From Thecamonas trahens ATCC 50062 (lineage: Eukaryota > Protista > Apusomonadida), in contig NW_013657665.1 of NCBI RefSeq assembly GCF_000142905.1, positions 283,689-347,688 of the forward strand: a stretch of 64,000 nucleotides of DNA, given 5' to 3'. How positions within the stretch are numbered: position 1 is the first letter of the stretch; every line of letters begins with the position of its first letter. The position numbers were made by a program, and so were the translations under genes. Shown in pieces: positions 53,039 through 64,000 of the stretch. The notes beneath the pieces are model-generated. The model was not told the DNA's origin. It was given only the letters and a program-made list of their open reading frames with translations, and did no database searches.

Positions 53039-54925
53039 TCATGACTTGCCGCGGGTGGTCGAATTGGTGAAGAGGAGCGTCTTCTTCTTGCCCTTTTTGC
53101 CCGACTTGCCCTTGGCACCACGGGCGCCGATGGGTTGGGACGGGGCGGTAAAGGCGGCAGAGGTGTGCGAGCGCGGCGAGCCCCACGCGCCCGAGGCCGG
53201 CGGCGATGAGGCTGCGGCGGGCGACGCCGGCGGCGGTGACGACGCCGGAGCACCCGGCTTGCCGAGCGCCGGAAACATGACAGCGTTGGAGACGAACCCG
53301 CCGCGCAGTGCGGCAGTGAACGTGTGACCAGAGTTGACCGCCTGCGAGCCGAGCTCGGGCTGGGGCGGCGGCGCAGCTGAGGCGGCGGCGGCAGCTGAGG
53401 CGGCAATGGCGGCGGCAAGCAACAGGTCGTCATCGTCGTCGGCAGTGGAGGCGCCACCAAAAGTGGGAAAGTCGGCGGCAGCGTAGCGCGGCATCGGCTT
53501 GTTGAGCCGAGTTCTCCACGACTGCTCGCGGGCGGTGGCGGCGGCGGCGGCGTCGCGTTCGGCCATGATGTCGGCCTGTCGGCGCTTGGCCGAACGCGAG
53601 GCGATGAGTTTGGCAAACTCGGCAAGAGTCTCGGGCGAGAGAATGCCGTCGTCAAACTCGAGCTCGGCAAAGACAAAGTTGGCGGTGAGCGGGAGGTGTG
53701 CCAGGTGCTTGTACCGCTTGCGGGTGGCAGGCATCTGTCGGTGCGGGTGGAGGGCAACAATCCGACCGGAGACCGAGTCGGGGAACGCCGCGTACGAGCC
53801 ATACTCATGGAAGAGCATGCGGATGTTGAACGGGTCGAGGAAAACCATCTGCCCGTCGGCGCCCTGATAGAGTGTGTATGTCTTGGAGGCAGCGGCGTCA
53901 TGGGGTGCCGCAGACTCTGGAGGCGCGCCGGTCGCTTTTGCTTCTTCCGCCGCGGCGTGAGCGGCGATGCGGTCGGCAACTCGTTCAAGAGCGAGGTCGA
54001 CGGCAGGCAGAAACTCGGGCTCGCCCGACGAGACAAACTGGGCGCGGGCAGCGACGAGGCCGGCGTGTTCGGCGTGAAGCAGAGTCCCGAGCGTGGCCGA
54101 GTCGGCCGCAAGTGTACGGACAAACCGCGCGGCGTCCGGGCCAAGTAGATTAGGGCCCGGAAGCAAGTTTGCAGCGCGGACAGCAAGCGCGTCCGGGCCC
54201 GGCGGGAGGGCCACAATCGAGTCGACTTCGCGGACGAGCTTGCGGAGCGAGATGCGGGCACCACGCGCCACCGATGTGACTGGCTCAAAGACAACCGACT
54301 TGAGGGTTCGAAGCGAGACGTGAGCCTCGCACATCGGACACGGGCACAAATTTCCGGAGATGAGGTCCTCGTCGGCATTGCAGCCGCGTCCCGAGGTGAC
54401 CGAGCCGCTGGTCATGACCGAGATGAAGCGGACAATGCAGACGTAGCAGTACACGTGGCCGCACTTGGTGACCTGCGGAATGGTCGGCGGATCGAGACAG
54501 ATCGGGCACTTGAGCGGCGCATCTGCGTCGTCAAAGAGGAGGACGGCTTCGATGGCGTCCCAGTCCGTGTTCATGTCGATGGTGTGCATGGCGGCGACGC
54601 GGGCCGGGAGCGGGAGTGAGACGAGGAACCGGGCTGAGGCCCGGACATACTGGTCCTTGGAGAAGGAGATGGATGGCGACGCCGCGGAGCTGTTGCCCTC
54701 GCGCGCACGCTCACGCATCGCAGCCCGCGCCGCCCGGCCAGAGTCCCTCGCCGAGTACAGCTCGACCCGCGAGTCGTCAAAGTGGAAGCCGAGCATGCCC
54801 ACGTCGACCGCCAGCTCGCGCTCGCCCTTGCGTCCCTTCCGCCGTCCGCTGCCAACTTCGCCACCTCCACCGTCGCCTGTGCGCCGCTGCTGCCGCGGCC
54901 GGCGTCGTCCAGACCGGCGTGGCAT
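53039..54925 (-). CDS. RNF10: RING finger E3 ligase, RNF10/Mag2-like
   Basis: CPICLDPP...TKCGHVYCYVCI...CPMC; YQGADGQMVFLDPFNIRML..EYG; RKRYKHLAHLP. Confidence 0.88.
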   Translation of the reverse strand: MPRRSGRRRPRQQRRTGDGGGGEVGSGRRKGRKGERELAVDVGMLGFHFDDSRVELYSARDSGRAARAAMRERAREGNSSAASPSISFSKDQYVRASARFLVSLPLPARVAAMHTIDMNTDWDAIEAVLLFDDADAPLKCPICLDPPTIPQVTKCGHVYCYVCIVRFISVMTSGSVTSGRGCNADEDLISGNLCPCPMCEAHVSLRTLKSVVFEPVTSVARGARISLRKLVREVDSIVALPPGPDALAVRAANLLPGPNLLGPDAARFVRTLAADSATLGTLLHAEHAGLVAARAQFVSSGEPEFLPAVDLALERVADRIAAHAAAEEAKATGAPPESAAPHDAAASKTYTLYQGADGQMVFLDPFNIRMLFHEYGSYAAFPDSVSGRIVALHPHRQMPATRKRYKHLAHLPLTANFVFAELEFDDGILSPETLAEFAKLIASRSAKRRQADIMAERDAAAAATAREQSWRTRLNKPMPRYAAADFPTFGGASTADDDDDLLLAAAIAASAAAAASAAPPPQPELGSQAVNSGHTFTAALRGGFVSNAVMFPALGKPGAPASSPPPASPAAASSPPASGAWGSPRSHTSAAFTAPSQPIGARGAKGKSGKKGKKKTLLFTNSTTRGKS

Positions 54926-55453
54926 GCCCCTACGACGAAGAACGTGGTGAGGTGCCAGCGAGGCAGCGTCAGCCGTGTCGCCACTCGCGGTCTCTGGCCC
55001 GAAGGGTTCCTTCCAATCGATTCGGGAGTGCGGGACGGTGGACGGCGGAGCGCATGGCAATTTTTTTGTGGGTGGGTGGGTAGGGGGGGGGGGGGGATGA
55101 GGAAAAGGGGCTGTGTTGGAATACGTTTGGTAGGTAGAGCTGCAACAGGCACGCAAGGGTAGAGATAAAGGTATGGTAAAGGGAGATGAGGAAAGCGGAA
55201 AAGGGCTGCGATGGCGGCGTCTGCGGTGGGACTAATGAATGGCAGGTGATCGGCCGTGGTTGTCTACAGCCGCTGAATACACTGCTGGGACGAGAGACGA
55301 GGATACAGGAAGAAAGATCAGAGCATTCAAGATGAGACACGATGGCATGCAAGGAGTGAGCTCATCATCTCATCGGCCTGAGGGTAGTGGGAAGGGGGGA
55401 GGGGCAAGAAGAATCCGTTTTGGGGTGCCGAAAAAAAAAAAAAAAAAAGGTAG

Positions 55454-58351
<2,898 letters not shown>

Positions 58352-58394
58352 CTGCCGCCGCGCTTGTCGAATGAACGTAGTGTGATAGTGGGGC

Positions 58395-61300
58395 CTAGTA
58401 CGCGTCCCACGGCACGATCTTGATTCGCGACTGGGCGGCAACGTCGCGGGCAATGAGAATGCCGACCTCGCCCTTGATCCACTGGCGGTTGAGCTGGGCA
58501 AAGAGCGGCTTTGAGAGCTGGAGTGGGCGGCCACGGCGAAGCCCGATGTCCTGCTCGCCATGCGAGTCGAGGTAGATCGAGCCAAGCTTGGTCCCGCGCG
58601 TCGGCCCGCGCCCGCTCGACACTCGGCGCAGCGCCACAATCTCTGACGTCCGCAAGAGAAGAAACATGCCCAGGTCGCCCGAGCACTGCGTCATGTGGCG
58701 GTTGCAGTTGCCAGGCCGCGGTGAGGCCAACGAGTCGGCGAGCACCTCGCACTTGGCGACGCAGAGGCAGCTTCCGCAGGTGAGGCAGAGCGCCCGCTCG
58801 CCACTCACCTCACCGCACTGGATGCACGCCTTGTCCGAAAGAACCAGCTTTTCAAACGATGTCTCTGGCTCGATGAGGCCGGTTGTGCCGTCCAGCTCAA
58901 CCCGGAGCCCGAGCTCATCAAAGAGCGACGTCGCCTCGCACTCCTCGGTCTTGCCTGATGCCGCCACGTCGTCGCGGACAAAGTGCGCTAGCCAGCCGAG
59001 CGTATCGGGCGGGCCGGTGGCGAGCTCGGCCATGGTCGGTAGCCCGAGGTTGCGCGCGAGGACGTCGGCCTCGGCCTCCTCATCGCTTCCGGCTTGCCAT
59101 CCGTCGCTTCCGCTGCTTCCAGTCCCGTACGCCAGCTGCAACAGTGCGGCGCGGCGGAGAAAAGGTGTGACCATTTCGGCTAGCGGGCCAGCGAGGCCGA
59201 GCCGCGCCGCCAGCGCCGCCGCGCCGGCCACCGTCATCTGCCACGCGCCGGCCAAGACGGCGCGGTACGCGTCGGCGCCCGGTGGCGTAAACTCAACCGC
59301 GTGCGCAAAGAGCGCCCAGATAGACGCGGTTCGTGCCGCCGCCGCAACCACACCCGGCGACGTGCCAGCGGCGTCGAACCAGGCCCCCCGCGCTGCCGCT
59401 GCGGGCACAAGCACTCCCGCAGTGGCGGCGAGGACTGCGGCAAGCGCGCCCATCGACTTGACATGGTTGAGCTCAAACGAGGTGAGCCAGGTGTGCGGCG
59501 GCGCGCGCGGGTTGTAGTTGGGCGAAGCCCGGAGCGCGAGCTCGTGCATGGTGACCGTGGTGACCAGCGCGTCCCACGCGAGGTACGCGTTGACAGGCGA
59601 GAGCGGGCTCTCGCACGCGTCGGCTTCAGGGTGTGCAGCGAGGTAGAGCCGCGACGAGAAGAACTGCAGTGCAGAGCCCTCTGCGTCAGTGAGCTCTGGT
59701 GCGCTGATCGGCTCGGCCGCCGCGCCCGCCGTAGTCGTCAGCGCCTCGTATGGCCGCTGGAGAAACGTGAGCGGGAGGAGCGCGTTGGAGAGCGACTTGC
59801 AGAGCGGGCACATAAACTCGCCGTGCTCGAGGGAGACCATTAGCGACCGAATCATGCGCTGCCGCCCGCGCTCAGCGAGCTGCGACGAGAAAAAGTCCTC
59901 AAAGCACGACGAGTGCATGCAGTGGCCGCACCCAGTCGCCGTCACTGCGTCGCCGGTCATGTATGACGGCACGCCATGCGGTGTGTTGCGGGCAGCCATC
60001 GCATCGTCGTTGGCATCGTCGTCGTCCCCGTCGTTGTCGTTCCTATTGCCGGCTTCACTTGTTGCAGGCGAGCCAAGGTTGTTACCTGTGTCGTCCGCGT
60101 CGAGTCCGTGCACGCCCGAGAGCGCATCAAAGAAGCCACCAGCGCCACCGCTACCGGCGCCACCGACATTGTCGTCGTCATCCGAGCCAGGGTAAGATCT
60201 CTCACCAGAGTCTGAGTCCGAATCTGAGGGGCCTGGTCCGGCAAGGGCGGCAAACATCTCCTCGTTGTCGAGAAGGCGGGCAATGTCGTTGTGGGAAATG
60301 AGGCCGGGCATGTCGCCGTCATCGCCCGAGTCCGAAGCCGAGTCGCCGTCGTCAAAGACGTCGCCGCCAGCAGCAGCGGCCATGGCAGCGCCGGTGAGGG
60401 CATTGGCAAAGAGGCCCGCGCCGCCGGCGTTCTCGAGCATGCCTTGGAGCATGGCCATGAGCTGGTCGGCCATGACTGGATCTTCCTCGGCAGCACGCTC
60501 GCGGAGGCCGGCCATGAGGTCACCGGCCGAGACAGCGAGCATGTCAGCGAGTGCGTTAGCTTCGTCACCGCCAGACCTGCCGTCGTCGTCATCGCCGTCG
60601 CTGTCGCCGTCGCCGTCGCCTGGGCCGCGGCAGTGCGGCCGGGAAGCGGGGCGAGGAGTGAGGTCGGTGCGGTTGAGCGGGTAGCGGCTGACGACTCGGA
60701 TTCGAGCTCAGACTCGAGCGCCGGCGAGGCGGCACGCGGGGTGGCGTACATAGCGCCCGACGATGCCGACGCCGCCGTGTCGAGAACGGCGGCGAGCTCG
60801 GGCCAGACCTGGCCACTCGGCCCATGGCTACTCGCAAAGTGTCGAAGCGTCGACGAGGTGGCAGCGGCGAGGACCCGCGAGCGTTCCAGAAGCGTGAGCA
60901 TGGCTAGCGGCTGCGAGTCGTCGACGGCTTCCATGCAGAGAACACAGACAAAGTCCGAGGTGTCGAGCAGCGGGTCTTTGGTGCGAAGCGCAGTGAGCGC
61001 GGTATTGTCGTCGTCACCGAGACCGGGTGAGCCGACACCGCTTGGCGAGAGCGGTCCGGCATCGACCGGCGGTGAGGTTGCACGGCCGGCGGCAAAGGCC
61101 GACTGCTTCTTGGCAAACTTTGCCATCATCTTGGCCTGGCGCCGCTTGGCACGCTCGCGTCGCTTGGCGGCGGCGGCGTCGGCCGGCGAGGACGACGCCG
61201 ACGGCGAGGCGGAAGCCGCGTCATCGCCGGCACTGCTGCCTTCGGTGGTCGAGCCGAGCATGGCCTGGACTGGTGAAAGAGCAAGGATGGCGGCGCGGAC

Positions 61301-63901
61301 GGCTTCGATGAGCGCCGGAACCGCCGGCACGTCGGCATGGGCCGTGGCGAGGCCGTCCAGCCGCGAGAGAACTCCAGCAAGGAGCCCGAGATGGGCCTCG
61401 TTGCCGAGGTCGAGCGCGTCGGCACCAAGGACAAGTGGATCCATGGCGAGGGCGGAAGCGGCGATGCGGAGAATGTGCAAGCCGTTGAGCGCGACTTGGA
61501 ACGGGGCGCGCGGGGCGAGACAGACAGCAGCGACGAGCTCGATGACTAGCGGTGAAGCGACGACAGTATGGAGGGCGAGCCAGTCGCGGGGAACAGAGTC
61601 GGGCGACGGAAGCTGCGGCCAAGGCGAGGGCGGGAGGCGGGCCTTGCGCTTGGCGGCGGCAAGAGAGTAGTTCTCTAGAACCGAGGCACGCTCCTTGGTG
61701 GCGATGCCGGTGTAGAACGGCGAGAGGCGGGCCCACTGGTCGGTGCGGAGACGGTAGACGCCCGACTTTGTCGGCGAAGGGCGATGAAAGTCTGCAACCG
61801 AGTCGATGACCGCATCGAGCGGGTCGCCGCCGGGGGCAGTGACCGAGGCTTCGAACAGAGTGCGGACGTGGGCGGAGAGAGCCTTGACAAGCTTGGAGTG
61901 TGCAAGCGGCTGGACCGCGAGCTCATGGCGGATCTGGTCAGCAAGGACAGCGGCCGGGTCGCGGACAATGTCGGCAGCAGTGGCATCGAGAGCTAGCACT
62001 GCGAGGAGCTCGAGGCAGTCGGCGACAATGGCGCCCGTGGGCGCGAGCCAGTCGGCCGTCTTGGCGCTGGCGGCGGCGGCCCAGCCCTCCCCGGCCGCGC
62101 CGAGGAGCGACGCGAGCGCCGAGCCGAGCGCAGTTGTGGTTGGCTTGGCAAAGATGTGGGAAAAGGCATCAAGGATGCCATAGCGGACAAGGATAGGCGG
62201 GAGGAGGATCGAAGGGCCGACAAGGAGGGCGATGCACTGGAGCAGCGAGATGTCATGGACGTGGGCGAGGGTCTTTGACCGCTCCTTGTACATGTGGAGC
62301 TGGGCGCGGAGAGCCCAGCCGTTGCGAACCCAGAGGCCGGCACGAGCCTGCGACGAGAGGACGAGGACCCGGAGCGGCGCCTCGGCGAGTGAGAGCCAGA
62401 ACGGCAAGTTGTCGACCGGGCAGAGGAGGGTGGAGAGAATGGAGACCGAAGTTTTGGAGAGAGCGCAGGCGAGGAACGAGCCAAAGACACGATGGAGCGG
62501 ATAGAAGACCGAGACCGGGGCTGAAGCCACGTCGTAGTCGATGATGCGGTACGGGCCAGGACCAGCGAGCGCGGTGAACGGGTCTGGGAGCGTGTCGAGG
62601 GTGACAAACGAGTCCGGGACGGCGGCGAGCCATGTCTCAAGAACCGAGATGCATGTGGCGAGGACGCGGGCGTATGCGAGGGCGGTGTCGTCGGGCGAGG
62701 CCGCGGCGACCGGACCGGCCGCAAAACCGGCGAGGAGCTTGAGCGAGATGGTCTCGAGGATGGCAACAAAGTTGAAGACCTGAATCCAGTCGTCGGACTC
62801 GCGCTCAACATGCGAGTTGACGCGGCGGGACTCGGGAACGGCCTCCTGGGCGAGGGCGACGATGGCGAGAAACTTGCGGAGGTCGGCGTCGGCAGTCGGC
62901 GAGTCGAAGAGCATGTAGGCGGCGGTGCGCGGGTCGTTGAGCATGTAGTCGAGGTCGTAGAGGCCCGTGTAGAGGAACTGCATCTCGGAAAAGTACGAGG
63001 CCGAGGGACGGATGACGGCACGTGGGCCCGAGTCGTCGACAGCCGATGCGAGGGTGGCGGTGAGATTGTCGAGGATGACGGCAAAGGCGTTGTTCTCGGT
63101 GGCGACACGGAGAGCGACGGCCGGGATGGTTAGGATCTGAATCGAGAGCGAGAGGACGCACTCGGAGCCGGAACGGCGGTGCGAGTCGGCGAGTGGCGGG
63201 TACCACGGCATGAGGGCGGCGGCAAAGACAAACTTGAACTTGAGGTCCTGGATCCACTCGTAGTAGAGGTCGAAGAGCAGCGGCTTGATGCGTGGGTAGG
63301 CAATGCCGTCGCTCACCTCGAGCGAGAAGAGCGAGTCGAGAAGCGAGGCTCCGCTGGGAGTCTCGGCACGCTTGGCCAGGCCAGGTGTGTCGACGGCCGG
63401 CGCCGACGTCGCAGCCACCCACGAGAGGCGACGGAGCGGGTCGCCAAACGCTTCGAGCACGCCCAGCAGCCACTTGAGAATGTCGATTGCGCGCGGCGAT
63501 GAGTTGAGCGCGTGCTCGACCAATGCCGAGATGGCGGCGGTGAGGACGGCGGTGCCGGCAGCAGCAACGTCGAGCGGGAGCACGGCGGCGGGATCGTCGT
63601 CCTCGGACTGACCGCGATGGACGTCACAGAAGCCGGCCGGATCCCAGGCGGTGGCATCGCCGCAGTCGCAGACTCCACCGGCAGTCCGAATGAGATAGTA
63701 GTCATGGCCATCATGGTTGCCGGCCTGGAAGCACTCGACACACACAATGCATGACGAGTCGGTCTCGCACGTCTTGCACTTGTACGCCGCCGAAGGCGTC
63801 GACCATCGCTTCCCGCACACCATAGGCGAGGCGAGCGCAGCCAGCTCGTTCTGAAGTTCGGTCGCCTCTCCTCCACACAGCATCTCTGTCACCGCAGCCA
63901 T
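58395..63901 (-). CDS. N-recognin E3 ligase, UBR1/2/3 family; frame break at ~60600-60750 (intron or -1 indel); likely a further 5' exon
   Basis: UBR box CGKRW...YKCKTC..D.SCIVCVECF..GNHDGH...GGVCDCGD..AW...GFCDVH; GLWVRNG; split RING (CVLC...CGHCMHSSC...CPLCK); C-terminal YLDSHGEQD.GLRRG; CACTCAC...ACAG acceptor just upstream of 63901. Confidence 0.92.
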
Positions 63902-64000
63902 GTCATTGCTGTGTAAGCGCGTGTCAGGCGTGGGCGGGTGTGAGTGCGACCTAGGAGGGGGGGGGGGGGGGGGGGGGGGGTAGGGGGCACGGTACGGCGG

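Noticed and set aside
59790-60950. RING finger split by a long acidic insertion in the UBR protein
   Set aside because: An interrupted RING is a known feature of UBR1-family ligases.

Overview
Gene-dense, very GC-rich, intron-poor eukaryotic (protist) DNA. The flagellar genes (IFT25, CDKL, a CEP112-type DUF4485 domain) and the overall style suggest a flagellate such as the apusomonad Thecamonas; this is an inference, not a database result. About 27 protein-coding genes are present: NHE8-like exchanger, a multi-repeat metallothionein-like protein, an R3H/G-patch protein, saccharopine dehydrogenase, COQ9, GNAT, VPS9, LRR, spinster MFS, a SARA-C-like protein, a USP9/24/34-like DUB, a solute-binding-protein receptor kinase, IFT25, a Tup1-like WD40 protein, a PDZ protein, a 36-aa-repeat protein, an ORP5/8-like protein, a long coiled-coil protein, delta-9 desaturase, an EF-hand protein, glycogen debranching enzyme, RNF10, CDKL and UBR1-like. 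There is also an 865-bp decayed piggyBac element, a pseudogene-like relic and one 100-N gap. The most notable observations are: (1) an apparently circularly permuted bacterial beta-sandwich module inside the USP; (2) a metallothionein-like Cys array fused to an NPF/PPxY-bearing low-complexity leader; (3) a receptor with the layout SBP-Fn3-TM-kinase-degenerate cyclase-pseudokinase; (4) five reading-frame breaks that are all -1, most likely homopolymer sequencing errors, though recoding is not excluded; (5) a Bacteroidetes-like saccharopine dehydrogenase with a mitochondrial-type presequence; (6) convergent genes with overlapping stops, and tandem genes separated by a single in-frame stop. All family assignments come from motif recognition by eye; no searches were run.
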